The notes: a model not told the origin generated them from the letters alone. Counted from the stretch's first letter, positions 10,297-23,050 are shown. The stretch is 38,172 nt of DNA from Chlorokybus atmophyticus (GCA_009103225.1 RHPI01000029.1:1-38172), one strand, 5' to 3'. Made by a program: numbers and translations.

Positions 10297-12800
10297 CACG
10301 CACACACACCTCTTGTGGCCTTGGAGAGCGCAACCCGCTTACTCCCGCTAGGTCTTGAGCCACAGCTTGCCGGGGAGTGCATCCTGGTGTACATGCACAA
10401 CAAACAGGGTACAGTAGAAAGAGTCAGTGGTAGAGGCAGCGCTTTGAGATCAACGCAGCAATAAGCATAGCACAAAGCAATGTATGCTTGTGCTCTCGGT
10501 TGGAGCAGGTCATTGTGTGCTTGAGCACAGCAGGCATGAGCTGGTTAATTAGGCATGTGCACGTGTGCACACAATTGCACATAAACAATGCTCATCGTCA
10601 CACATGTACGTGTGCACATGTGCATGCGCGCACGCATGTACACATGCACGCCCTAGACTTTACGGAGTAACGCTGCCTTATATGCGGCACGGTGGTCAGC
10701 GCTAAGCCCGCGTCAAGTAACTCACTACAGTAACCAATGCATACAGTGATTGGCTCATAGGCTGCACTGTGCAGTGCAGCCTATGAGACGGTTGTTGTAA
10801 ACCTAAGAGCAACATGTGTGTATGCGTTGGGTATGTGGGTACGTATGTGCGTGCATGATGGAGGCCATTAGATATAGTAAAGCAATTTGCATGCTTGCAC
10901 GCATGCCCATGTGTGTGCACTTGCGCGTGCATGTGCGTATGTGCGCCCATTACCTCCCCCTAGCCCTTTCCCTCTCCTTACCCCTACTCACCTTGCCATT
11001 CAGCAGGTGCATCTAATTGCAGCACCGTCCGGTCCCGCGCCCTGAAAAGAGCAGCATCGCGCTCCCCACCGACAGTGAGGATCAAGTGCAGTGCCTGTTT
11101 TAAACACGATTACCGTATTATAATTGTTTGTACGCGCACAAGCAGTCACGCGTATGCACGCCTAAGCACAGGCGCACGCACACACATGTGTGTGCACGCG
11201 TGCGCGCACAGACATGCGCCTGCGCAAGTACTCGACACATACACAATGCTTGCAGGCATGCGCGCGTGCCTGTGCATGTATTCGGGTGCATATATGCATG
11301 TGTGCACGCGTACGCACAGACAGCCGCCTGTGCCTTCTAGTCACCAGGTATCGTTGGCTCATAGACTGCATTGGTCAGTAGTCTATGAGCCAGCCTATAA
11401 AAACTGTCTCATAGGCTGCACTATAATAGCGTGTAGCCCAACAAATGTGCACTTACGCACAATTGCACACTCATGCACACACTAATTGCACAAACGCACG
11501 CTCATGTGCACACACACTCATCGCACCTTGAAGATGGTGGCAGTCACGGACTGGTCGAGGTAGTGCTGGCGTATGCAAAGCCGTGCACTTTGAACGAGTT
11601 CTCTCTTTTCAGCAGCGGCTCGCAGCTTGGTAGTGTCCTGTGCCTGCGCCTGCGCGTGCACCCTCATGTGTGTGCATGTGCACGTTCGACAAGAATCTCT
11701 TGGAAGAGGGGGGGGGGGGGGGGGGNAAGTGTACACACACGCAGACCTGCCTCATAGGCCGCACTGTCAAGTGCGGCCTATGAGCCAACCAATGGCAACT
11801 GCCCAAGCTGGCTCATAGGCCGCACTCTCCAGTGCGGCTTATGAGCCAGCCTCATAGGCTATCCTGCATGATGCGGTCTATAGCCCAACAAGGGTGCGTA
11901 TGTGTGCACATACACTCAGCGCACCTTGAAGATTGCGGAGAGTACAGCCAGCTAGGGTGACATAATGCTTGCATACGCAGACTCTTGACGGCTTGGAGCC
12001 GTGCACTACAAACTCCTCTCTTTTCAGCAGCGGGCTGACTGCCAGCTTGGGAAGCAATTCTTGTACCTGCACGCGTGCGCGTGAGTCGTGGCCAGCTTGG
12101 GGGGCAGTCCGCGTACCTGCGCGCGCGCATGCCTGTGCGTGTCCGTGTGCGTGTGCGTGGCTTGTTAAGGACGGTGGGTGTGTGTGGGTGGGTGGGNGTG
12201 GGGGGGGGGGGGACTGGTTCACATGCATATTTTACACGCCGAACTGTTGCATAGGCTGCTAATCAGTGAGGTCTACGAGCCGCTCATAGGTGGCTTATCG
12301 CAACTACTTCATAGGCTGCACTGTATAGTGCCGCACTGTCCAGTGCAGCCTTTGAAGCAGTTGCTTGGGCTGATAGACCGGTGCTATCAGCCTAAGTAAC
12401 TGCCTCATATGACAATGAGTGTTTGTACATGTGTGCGCTGCATGTGTACGTGTGTGCGCTAACCCTAACCCCCCCGCTCACCTTATAATCTAGCAGGTGC
12501 ATAGGTAACTGCACCCCCCCCTGGTCCCGCGCTTTGAGAAGAGCAGCATCAGGCTCCCCCAACTGACAGTGACACTCCGGGTCACCTTTGCAATGACTGT
12601 TTCACATGTTCAAAGTGTTAAATATGTGTGCACGTGCATAAACAGACATGCATACACACGCCTAAGCACATCAAGTTACATGTGCACACATGCATACGTG
12701 CGCATGATTATGCACACGCACGCGCGCTACAAGCATTTTATTGTTGTACTTCAAGCACGCATACATACACATGTGGGTAATCTCACGGGACCATGAAGCA
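10260..12800. repeat. CA/GT/GCAC microsatellite-rich region with duplicated exon-like blocks and palindromic AGGCTGCAC/GTGCAGCCT motifs
   Basis: 10975-11100 is similar to 12470-12590, and 11515-11650 to 11912-12060. On the minus strand each block ends at a GT donor (AAG|GTGAG or AAG|GTGCG). Confidence 0.7.
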
Positions 12801-12900
12801 GGCGTTGTACTTCTGCTCTCTAGCTGCTCGGTTGATGGCACCATCCATGCCTCCTCCGCCAAGCAACTCTAGTTGGCAGCGCTTCAATCGAGCATCCGCT
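12795..12900 (-). pseudogene. Macrodomain (MacroD-like ADP-ribose binding/hydrolase) exon relic
   Basis: LLGGGGMDGAINRAA...AC matches the LLGGGGVDGAIHRAAG..L..EC signature. An (S)AAN motif sits just upstream in a shifted frame (GCT GCC AAC). Confidence 0.72.
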
Positions 12901-13779
12901 TTCATGAGTTGACTCAAGTCATGTAAGCCGACTTGCTCCGTACAAGTCGGCTTGCAGTATACCAACCACGCAGAGCAACTGTGGTCAAGCCTATTGCTAG
13001 CCAATGCACGACTGTGGGCACCGAGCAATCAGCTTCTGCGAAGAAGTAACACGCACAGCTGCATTAAACTCAGCGGCTTCGTGACCAAGCTAGCAGCCAT
13101 CGGCTATCGAATTTGTCTGCCTGTACAATATGCATGCTTATCCATCACACCACAGTGCAATTCCATCAATCAGCTGCGGGAAAAAACAAACACATGCATT
13201 GGCAACATTCTCTAATGCATGCATGAGCACTAGAAGCAGGAACACTTGCAAGCATCAACAGCTGCTACCGACAGGCGAGAGGCTGCACCTATCACATCTC
13301 AACAGTAATAAGCTGATAAAGACATCAGCCGCAACAATAACATTTGCGGCAGCAGAAGTCTAGCTGAGCAGCTTGGCTGAGCAGCAGCCGCTGTCACACT
13401 ACGCATGCTTGCATTCAACCTATAGCGGCAATGCTACAGTATGCTTTGGCTGTCAGCACCAACCTTCACCAAACAAACCAACAAACATCCACAACCATCG
13501 CCCGCACCACCCCGCCGCCGCCGCCGCCGCCAGCTTGGACCGCAGCACCAGCAACGACAGCTCAGCAGAGTGCATTGACAATCCAGGCTGCGCGGATAAC
13601 TACAAGCTGCAGGCTGCCTGCGCGTTCTGCTGACGTACGCTCGATCCAATCGTTGAGTCATCGGTAGTGTAAACAGCAGCCGGTCGCGGTACCCTGCATG
13701 GTGCGTAAGCAATGCACCCTATGCGGTGGGTGCATGCATACGTACTGTGCATGTGTACTGCTAACAAAGTCCTCTGGCT

Positions 13780-14137
13780 CACAGGCCGCGGAGCACGCGA
13801 CCAGCACTGGTCCTACCGCTGGCATAGGACCATGTCTGGTGCGTTACTGACCGCCTTGGTACCGGACCAGTGCTGCCCTGGCTCGTAGGCCGCGGGGCAT
13901 GCGACCAGCCCTGGTTCCATCAGTTGAACCGCGTACTGCACCAGTGCTATACTGGTACGCAGGCCGCGGGACAAGCGACCAGCCCTGGTTCGGTTAACCG
14001 GTCCAGGCCGTCCGGCTCCGGGGCGGGACCACCAGTGGTCCGGTCACGCCGGACCAGTCGCGGCACTAGTACGCCACAACGTACCAGACATGGTCTGCGG
14101 GCCGCGTACGACTGGTCCGCGCGTTAAAAACCCTGTG
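13780..14137 (-). repeat. Subterminal repeat array (GACCAG/CTGGTC motifs); possible CACTA-like terminus CACAG at 14137
   Basis: Three copies of AGGCCGCGG..GCGACCAGC.CTGGT plus many inverted GGACC/GGTCC motifs. The array ends at CCCTGTG, directly abutting the truncated coding relic at 14159. Confidence 0.5.
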
Positions 14138-14158
14138 CGTTAGACAGCAAGGAACCAA

Positions 14159-15109
14159 GTGGCGCTGCAAGTCCTCATATTTTACGCGGTCACCGGGTGT
14201 GATTACACCAGCTACACAAGCGGCATTACCAAATTGTTCTACTAGCAACATGCCATGGGGAGGCAGCCAGAGTTCATATCGCCCAGTGGGCAACTCACTC
14301 GAGACAAAATGGTGCCCATGTTGCTGCTCTTGATTGGGTGCGCCTGCTTTCACAAACACAAATCATCCTTGAGTCCCACCACATCTGCATCAGCTCTGTT
14401 CTGCGACCTGAACGGTGCGCGCGCATGCAAGGATGACACGCCAGTGATGGAGGCATAGCTCGCCCTCATTAGGAGCAGTGCCTGGCCACACACGTGGGTC
14501 AACCTTGAGGACATGGCGTCTACTCAAGCGCTCACTTACCATTGCCAACGTAGCTTACGTTGGCAATGGTACGCCTGTGGGTTGTCGACATGTGGCTTCA
14601 GTGTTGCAGATCAGAAATGCAGCTGCCCAACCTTGCAGACAGCGGTTTTGACGTGGTAGACGGCGTTGCTCACGCCATCATTGACACCACTGAGAACATG
14701 GTCGCTGCCAAGAGCCGCACCAACCAGCTGCTGCACGAATGCAGCTGCAAGAAGAATCAGTGCACCACCAAGATATGCAAATGCTGCAAGGAAGGCCAGC
14801 GCTGTTCCAGCAGGTGCTCATGCATAGGATGCACCAATTCAGAGGGTGGTCAGCCCACTCAAACACAACATTATGGTGCAGCAGACGGGCGCAGATGCAC
14901 ACAACAATCAGGCAGACGACCCTAGGTATGACTTACCAGCCAGCTCTGAACCTGACGACATCGATGACGATGCCGACTGTAGTAACTCGGAGGATGATCT
15001 GGCGGATGCATGCTCTGACAAGGAAGGTGATGAGGCGAACATTATGGACGACAACAACATGGCTGATTGCTTGGACATAATCGAAGACTTGACTGTTCCT
15101 GAGGAGTAA
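14159..15109 (+). pseudogene. PIN/XPG-like (GCD helix-turn-helix) + C-terminal CXC (tesmin-like) protein relic; 5'-truncated
   Basis: LIFYAVTGCDYTS; ALTYHCQRS; MWLQC..LPNLADSGFDVVDG; CSCKKNQCTTKICKCCKEGQRCSSRCSCIGCTN; acidic tail. In-frame TAG at 14243 and 14456, plus frameshifts. Confidence 0.7.
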
Positions 15110-15389
15110 AGCCATGAACAGCCCATGCCACGACTGCATGCGTCACCTGCTGGCATTCAAGCACTAGCGCCCTCTCACTCCAGTCCGCCACCGCCGCCGC
15201 CGCCGCCACCTTCGCCGCCGCCGCCCCTACCGCCGCCTGCAGCTGACATCTCGGACTATTAGAATGCACAAGTCCGAAAAGTGTAGTGTCAACCCGCACA
15301 TCATTAAGGTTGCGCTCGTAATGTTACGGCGGCGACAGGCCGCTGGTGCTCTTCTCTGCGTGTGCTGGCATTATTTTCTGCATGCAATG

Positions 15390-16463
15390 GCAGGTGGTGC
15401 ACAGCCACGGCGCGCATTGGTCTGCGAAGTATGCAAGTCTTTCGTTGTGAACAACGGCTAGCGTGCACGCATGAAGCAACACCAGAGGCAATGCAGCCAG
15501 TATGAGGTGATGTTCAGCTTCACCGCCTCATGCTGGCATCACCATTGTCAGGGGATGCATGTGCTTGAGTGCCGTGGCAAGCACAAGTGCACCTTGCCCG
15601 AGTTCTTCCAGTCTCAGTGCACTTGCCCTGCATGCGCACGCTCTCCATTTGAGTGGCATGGGCTGCCCATGCGGTACATGCCGTATGCCTACCCGGGCAC
15701 CATTGCAAATGGCCAAGCTTTCACGCTACTCAACGTAACTACACTCTCTCACGTGCAGCGTTGCAGAGTCAGCTTGCGCGTTGTGGACGCGGCCGAGTTA
15801 ACGGCACCGATGCGTTTGCGCTGGAGACAGACACCCAGCACACACTCACAACGGAGGTCAGTGTGCGTGCTTGCAACCTGCTGTGCTGTGTACTGCTCAG
15901 CGTGTGTTGCACAGCACACACCCACAGCGCGCACTGAGAGCATGGTTGCCCTAGCAGAGCGTGTGCGTCAACTGCGTGCAAGGCGCGTACAGACGGCGTT
16001 GCAGCACAGGTGGGTCTGCACAAGTGGGCTGCGATGTCCAAGTGTACTGGCCTGCCGACAAGGCTTGGTATCCAGGACACATATACAAGTACAATACTAC
16101 ACAAGGTGATTTAAGTCACCACACTATTTACCCTATGACCAACCCGGGTGGAGGGTCTAACTTGTGCATGCTCACACAGGACGTCACAGCGTGCGCTTTG
16201 TGGATGGCGATACCAAGCATCTCCAGATCGACAAGCACAACGTTGTCGTCTGCCTCAGCTCACAAGAACATCACTACTGCATTCGTGTCGGCGGTTGCAG
16301 AGTCCCTACCACCCGGAAGGCCATACCTCCTTTGCCTTGTCTCCCATACTGGTCAGGAGCCCCCTGTCATGCCCATCGTCCGGGCATGCCAGTCGTCATC
16401 GGGCATGCCTACAGCAAGACCCTCGCCCGGCTTACCAGCATGGCAACCCGCGCGCGTCTCTGA
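15390..16463 (+). pseudogene. Decayed spliced gene with Cys/His zinc-binding segments and a Tudor domain
   Basis: Intron 16106-16179 joins VGCDVQVYWPADKAWYPGHIYKYNTTQG to RHSVRFVDGDTKHL in frame (MSH6/PDS5-type Tudor consensus). Upstream CEVC...*RARMKQHQRQC contains an in-frame TAG. Confidence 0.68.
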
Positions 16464-17180
16464 CCAGTAGCTAGGTCGTGTCTCTAGAGTAGCTCATGAC
16501 CATAGCCTACATAGGCACCGCGCGTAGCTGCTCAGTTGTGAGTTCAGTTATAAGTCGGGTTCTATATCGAGTGCGGATTTCCTGTGGAAATAGCCTCGAT
16601 ATGACCGTTAGCTTATGTTTTGGACAGTCATGAGTTGACTTGTATAAGTAGGCACAGTGTTCACTGGATCAGCTGGTGACACTGTAAGTGAGAAAGCTAA
16701 GAGCTTGTGAAGCGACTTGAACTACGAAACATATCGTCCCGGTTCCCAGGAATCCCCTCACCGTGTGAGAGCCTGTGCATGTTCTCGTGCACTGTGCTTG
16801 TCTTTGCTGTGAGCTCTGTGTACTTGGTTGCGGAGTGCTTGTTGGTATCAGTCAGGGCATAGCATCCACGTGTTGCTTGCTCATTCACCTCACTTAACAG
16901 TGTAATTTCTCTTCCACTCATGCAAAGAACTGGGTAAACAGCACTACCTATAGTAGTGGCTTGTTGACTTAGAGTGTCACCCTCTTTGCTCAAGTGAGTG
17001 TAGTTGCAGGCTGTACATCAGCATCGCAATCTGTAGTTGTACACATCGCAATGCAGTGCTGTCACCGTCATCGCATAGCGCGCACAAGCGCTAGTGTGTT
17101 GGGTGATAGCAACACTGGAGATCCCATTGAAGAGCACAAACACTCTACCCTTCATCCACTTTCACCATCGCCTCAGCTGT

Positions 17181-19233
17181 ATGAGCAGGCCCACCCCTTT
17201 CTCGCCAATAGAAGAAGGGAACCTCAACAGCTGGAGCCCGGCCTCCAATCTTACCTACGAGCGCGCAAGTGAAGGGAGCTACTACCGTAGCAGCAGAGGC
17301 TCACGCCCCGTCTCCGGCTTCACCTCCTCTCACTCCACTCCTCGACAACGAGCATCTCCACCACCGTCGGACAGTGACGACGAAGAGATGGAGCCTTTCA
17401 GCTCAACCAACTCCCTACGCTTCTCCGGACGCCCTGGCACCACCTCACTTGACGAGTTCATCATCAAGTTCCACTCCAAGATGCGGCAGCAAGCCCTCAA
17501 GGGCAAGGACTGGACAGATGAGGTATCGTTTCATGTGTCCGCCCAATACCTTGATCACGAAGCGCATGATGTGTGGAAGTCGCTGTGTTGCACAGGATTG
17601 ATGGCTATGGCGAGTTGGCCAGCACAATAGCCTCCACGTCACTGCATAGCCCATTGGTTACTGTCCCTGTAGCAGCGACCCCGCCAGCCTCAGTCACGGG
17701 TCTCACTCTAGCTGCAGCCATGGAAAAGGCAGAGAATGAAGAAGTTGAGGTGGTAGTGGCCTCATTGACTCCTGCAGAGATCGAAAGCAAGAAGGCCGAG
17801 CGCCCGATCACATACTCAACCGCACCGCTGCCATCATCAAGGAGCAACAAGAGGAGCAGCAAGCTGCAGCGTTGGAGATGGGTACGCCCCGGCTACCAAC
17901 ACCGAACTCGCGTGCTCCAGCGGGAGGCAGTGTTTTCACCCTCTGCTCAGTGGCATTGCGTGCACCCGCGCTTACGGTGGGCGCGGCCATGTCGGACTCC
18001 CCGTTGAAGGACCTCTACGCCGCACTCCGGCGCACCTTCTCACCTCAAACCCAACAGCAAGGTGGAGGAGTTGAGGCGTTTTCGGCGGAAGGCCAACAAG
18101 GACCCTCTCCGACTGTATTCAAGGTTGGAAGGGTTGCTTAAAGACACTGACTACAAGATCGTCAGTGAGGAGGCGGCAGCAGTGGTGTATGTGGCCGAGT
18201 TGGATCCCACCCTGAGTCAACGCGCCTGACGCTGAACTACAGCAGGCCCCTCGGCTACACCCTCAAGGATGCTTTCGAGACGGCACAAGCCATCCATAAG
18301 CGCGCAGTGTATGAGAAAGCCGTGCAGGACACCAACCGCAGTGCTTCACGGCCTATGGCAGGCACAAGTGCAGAGCCTCTTTGGGGAGACCGCAGCCGAG
18401 AGCCGCAAGGCATCCACAACAAGGATAAACGGTCAGCTCATGCTGCCCTTGTGGCTCCAGTGCTGTGCCACCGGTGTGGTCGACATGGCCACTACTTAAA
18501 GGAGTGCACCGAAGATTACGGCAACCTTGTGTGCGACTACTGCCACAAGACGGGACACTTGGAGACAGTATGCTGGCTCAAGTTCCCTGAGCTGCGGCCC
18601 TCTATTGGTTACAACAACGGCAACAACGCTGTTGGCTACCGCAACAACAACAACAACAACAACAACAACAGTAACGGGGGCTACAATAACAGCAACCACG
18701 CTGGCGGCTACAACAATAGCAACAACGCTGGTGGTCGCAACAACGGCAACAACGCTGGTGGCCACAACCCCAACAACAACAACAACGCTGGGGCCCGCAA
18801 GAAAGAAGCTGGCTACAGAGGGAAAAACCGCCCTCCACAGCACAAAGGACCTGAGGGACGCCCTCGCGCTGGAGCTGCTGCTGTAAAGGCACCAACCAAT
18901 CCACCAGCTATTAACAAAGTGGCAGCCCTGATGGTGCGCGTGGCACAGCTGGAGGAGAACAAGGAGCAGGACTATCAAGCCTGCTATGCTGCTAGGTGGG
19001 CACTGATGGCACCAGAACGGGATAGGGACACTCCCACGCCGTCACGCGTACAACCATCAAGACGTGCGCGTAGGGAAGCTGGCTCGTCGTCAACAGCGGC
19101 ATCGTCGGACGCCACAAATGGTGCTCGGCAGCCACAACCACTGCTGGGACGACGCCGTCGACGACACCGTCGACGTCCACACCAACCACGACAGCAGGTG
19201 CCAGCACTCTTGGCACCACGCTGTCCCCGGTGA
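17181..19233 (+). pseudogene. gag: Ty3/Gypsy-type Gag with two CCHC zinc knuckles, frameshifted
   Basis: RFSGRPGTTSLDEFIIKF..WTDEVSF..YLDHEAHDVW. KVEELRRFRR..LRLYSRLEGLL lies in an alternate frame at about 18060-18230. Knuckles CHRCGRHGHYLKEC and CDYCHKTGHLETVC. Confidence 0.85.
18611..18787 (+). repeat. (AAC)n-rich coding microsatellite (Asn/Gly-rich linker after the knuckles)
   Basis: (AAC)9 at 18643-18669 plus interrupted AAC runs. Confidence 0.85.
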
Positions 19234-19576
19234 TGGAAAGCACCCACGCCGCAACAACCATGGGCGTTGGGTTCGTGGGTGGTGAATCCACCACTCCTGC
19301 CTCCATTGGCGCGACCACAGCGGTCACAACTGCTGCCACCCTCACGGCCGCCACCTCAGTAACGACGACTGCTGCCAGTGCCACCACCATCGCCTCCAAG
19401 AGTGCTGCCGCACCCACTGCACCACTTCCTGAGATTCGAACGGCACCGCCACCAGCACTTGACGTCACACAGCAGGTGCCACGCGGACCACAAGCAGAAC
19501 GCGCCTGGGCATCGGTCTTACGCAACGTGGAGCCCACCACCATTGCGTACGGACCAGGGGGCAACGCACCACGCGC

Positions 19577-21285
19577 GTGGCACGCGATGATCGCATCTTA
19601 CCCCTACCACCTCCAGAGTACCACACGCTGCTGGAACCCACACAACAGCAGCTGGAGGATGAAGTCCTCGCCGGCACTGCACCAGAGATGAGGGATCGTC
19701 TTTTTGGGGTCACCTACCGGCGACCTGCAGTACTGGAGCTGGCCATTCAGTTGTTCTTGGCATCACACGCACGATTACAGGGCGCACCCAGTCAATCGCG
19801 GCAACCCATGCCCGCTCAACAGATCGACTTCGAGCCCTCGCCACTGGACCCACTCGGACTCCAGCGCCACAAAGTACAAGACCTCGTGGTCACCATGTCA
19901 GACATCGCACTGGGCGCTGATCCCGCTCTTCAGGGGCTCACTCCAGGCAGTCGTCAAGAGCGTTTCTCTGCCCGCGAACAGGCCCATCGTTATCAGGTGG
20001 ACCAAGCTGCCCAAGTGGACGCGCGCCGACAGGCGTACGAAGCAGCACACGCCGTTATCGTACCACCCGTAGCGCCGGCAAATGTTGCCAGCGCCTCCAC
20101 GGCGCTAACCACGACGTACTCTACGGCAGACGCCATCGAACAGCCAAGGCAAGCAACTGTTGCAGATAAAGCGAGGGCGTTGGCGCAAGAATTGAGGGGG
20201 GTAATCGCCCCGCTGCTGCCTCCTTTGGTCGAAGACATGCCTGAGGATCAACGCGATGCAGGGCGAGGGTACGTCACCCCGCAAGGGGACACCACACAAC
20301 GAGGAGGAGCTGGTATGGTGGGGGAGCAACAACTCCGTACCGCACTCATCCAGCAAGCAGTCATGTTGCACAGGCCTGAGGGCAACACATTAAGTGATGA
20401 TGGGGATGCAAGAGGGCAGCGCCGCTCGAGCCCGTCTCGTGACATGGCTCGTTGCCAATCACCCTGCTGTCCCCCTGTTTGCCTTTGGCAACCGAGATCA
20501 TGGTTGGGGGCATTCGTTCGCTCGCTGCGACAAGCCTACGACGAAGCTGCCACCACAGCCCCGGACACGCTGGAGGGAGTGCAAGAGGCAATGCTGCGGC
20601 TGCCAGAGGTGGAAGCCGCACGCCAACGGCGGCGCATCGCCATTGCTCATGAGCTGCACGCACAGCAGACTTTCAGCGCACCCTACACGCGCGCGCCATG
20701 ACCGTGCTCGATGTGGGAGTGATACAAGGAAGGTGGGATGCCTACATGGCAGGGATCTTGCGAGTCCCCACCATCACTCACGACATGCGGCGACAGCTAC
20801 TACGCGCCGTATACCTACAGCCCATGCCTCAATATCATCATTGGACCGACACGGACACCGAGCCCACGGCCATGTGGGAAGGAACCTTGGTCAGATAAGC
20901 GGCTCATTCTGTTCGATGGACGTACGCCGCGGAGCAAGCTGAACGTGAGGCAGGCCCACAAACAACGGGTCCGCCGGGGTTTCCTCCACAACCATTGGGT
21001 ACACCCGCGGGCATGATTCCATCTTCGCAGAGGCGGCATCCACCTGCGCCGCCACCACAACCGGCGCCGGAACCTCCAGCACCGAGGCCACCCCGTGTCT
21101 ACCAACCACCACGACAAGGTTGCTTCGGCAGAGGGAGAGGGCAAGGAGGGGGTTCTCCGAACCCAGCAGGCAGAGGAGCTCTGGCTGCTATGCGCTCAGA
21201 ACCCCCAGCTGAGAGAACTGAGGTAAAGATGCAGACAGCTCGTATGAAGAGGCTGCGCATCGACGCCAATGCTGCCATGGTGGCG
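19577..21285 (+). pseudogene. Unknown coding region upstream of the protease; the 20397-21285 part is conserved in copy B (27557-28440)
   Basis: DAYMAGILRVPTITHDMRRQLLRAVYLQPMPQ (copy A) vs DAYMAGIIRVLTITHDIRARLLRAVYLQPMPQ (copy B). Both continue to KRLRI(D/H)ANAAM. Confidence 0.6.
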
Positions 21286-22486
21286 TTGAGTGGGTGCCCC
21301 AGAATGGAGCAAACTTGTCGGTAGCTGGAGGCCACGTGCGGACGCTTGTCGTCCTCTGAATGCGCATTTTTGATGACGTACCCCAGGGGTCTGAAGATCT
21401 GGTGGTGTTGAATGAGGTGGATGATTCTCATCATCTCCCAGAACAGCCCGCAGCGAGGGTTTTCGAGGCCTTGCCCCTTGCCTGCCCTGGAGTGCCCCTA
21501 GCATTCCCACCCAGCTATTAATGAATTGACGTTGCTGAGGGACAGTAGGTGATCTTCGACCATCCTGGAGGTGTGAAGCTTGGAGGCTATACGCAGAAGC
21601 ATGTGGACGTGGACATGAAGATGGCCATGGTGTGCGCAAGGTTGCTGCATTGACAAGGGTGGTTGAAGATGGAGTTGTAAGATACCACAAGGTCATGAGC
21701 AACAAGGAGGCACAAGTAGGTTGCGATTGCGGAGCCCGTATGAGCTGCAAGTGGTGGAAAGCAAGTTGACTATAGGAGTCATAGGCTGATACCAAAGGCG
21801 GAGGCACTGTCAACAAGGACAGATGCAGCGGGTGCATGAAGGCAACATGTATGTACAGCAAGGAGCAAGGTTGGTGGTCAACCATGAGGTTCGAGTTGCT
21901 GTGGAAGTGAATGACTTCAAGGTCATCCATGAGAAGCATGGAGGCGTGAGGAAAAAAGGTGAAGGCTTGCGTGAGAGCAAGCGGTGTGCGTGAGTAATGG
22001 AGGAGCTGATGTTGAAGGACAAGCTGCCCGCGTGGGAGTGTTGAAGGTATTACATGGGTGATGCTTGTATCCGGTCAGCTTGCCCTTCATACAGGAGTCG
22101 AGGGTCGAAGGTACCATGAAGAAGCGCGTGGACTCCAGACTTAGCAAGACGGTCGAGTCAAGACGGACTCCGGACCAGGCTGCTTGGTTGAGTCTTGGGA
22201 GAAATTGCGTAGCTTTGTGGATACGTAAGCTTAGCAGACGTGGCTTAGCTTGTTGGAAAGCTCTAGTTGTGAGCTAGACAGCGTAGCTTACAGAACAGCA
22301 ATCGGCTGAGTATAGCGCACGCGGTGCTATGTCAACAGAGAGGGGTAGTTGACATGAATACCTTTCGTGCAGTTGGCATAAGTGGTGCTTGAGGACTGTC
22401 TGCGCGTGTGGGTCTGGGTCGCAGTAATAGTATTTGACAACCTTTACACATGTGTTGAGGATCGCAGCAAGACCACTGCCAATGCC
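21286..22486 (-). repeat. Inverted duplication of DNMT3-like coding sequence, split by a copia remnant
   Basis: 21286-21557 is the reverse complement of about 23513-23781, and 22338-22486 of about 23312-23460 (nearly identical). The insert is flanked by a near-duplicate GCCAATGC..CCATGGTGGC (21264-21284 / 22478-22500). Confidence 0.9.
21558..22337 (+). mobile_element. 3' remnant of a copia-type LTR element (internal tail + 3' LTR 22039-22337)
   Basis: CAAGCTGCCCGCGTGGGAG then TGTTG...CAACA. The internal tail and LTR share blocks with element 30610-33238 (CGGAGCCCGT, CAAGTGGTGGA, CGGTCAGCTTGCCCT, AAAGCTCT). Confidence 0.8.
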
Positions 22487-23050
22487 AATCCCATGGTGGC
22501 CAACCAAGGCAAGCACGTTACCATCAACGGCCTGGCACCCAAGCGAGTAATGTTGGACACCGGAGCATTGCCTGTCATCATCGGGCGCTTCCTCGCGCGG
22601 TCCCTCGGCATAACCAGCTCCGACTTGGTGCCTTGCCCGTACGTGTTGGACACTGCCACAGGTAGCCGAGATAAGGTGATGGGAGTCATCAGGGAGGCCT
22701 TTTGCAACCGGTTGACAGGGCTGGACCCAACCCACACAACCGAGATCGTCCAGCAATGTGTGGTCACCAATGCCGGCTCCTTCAACTTTCTGCTTGGGCA
22801 GGACTTCAACTTCCTTGTGGGCATGGGCCTCGACTGCTGGACAGAGCGAGCGTGGTTTTGGCCACATTGGGATGAGGATGACGGAGAGGTGCAGGGTTTC
22901 CTGCCTCTCGAGTTGGTCTCGCGCACGCGCGCCCAACGCAGAGTGGCTGCCGTGGCCACACGCAGCCACGCCCGCACACGGGAGGCTGCAACGGCCACAT
23001 ACGACGGCGCTCGGACGCAAGTCGCTGCTGGTGCCACGGTCCCATGTTGA
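22487..23050 (+). pseudogene. Retropepsin-like aspartic protease, copy A
   Basis: KRVMLDTGALPVIIG catalytic DTG motif; FNFLLGQDF (retropepsin LLG.DF). Frameshifted relative to the DNMT that follows. Confidence 0.85.

Noticed and set aside
12459-12471. Telomere-like CTAACCCTAACCC
   Set aside because: Only about two units inside low-complexity intron-like DNA; not an interstitial telomere array.
9950-12800. Many 60-136 aa ORFs rich in C/V/H/T/A
   Set aside because: Translations of CA/GT microsatellites and of the N gap; no domain signal.
16843-16851. TGGTATCAG as tRNA-iMet PBS of Gypsy copy A
   Set aside because: It is not preceded by a CA LTR end, it diverges after 9 nt from TGGTATCAGAGC, and no second LTR is present to confirm the boundary.
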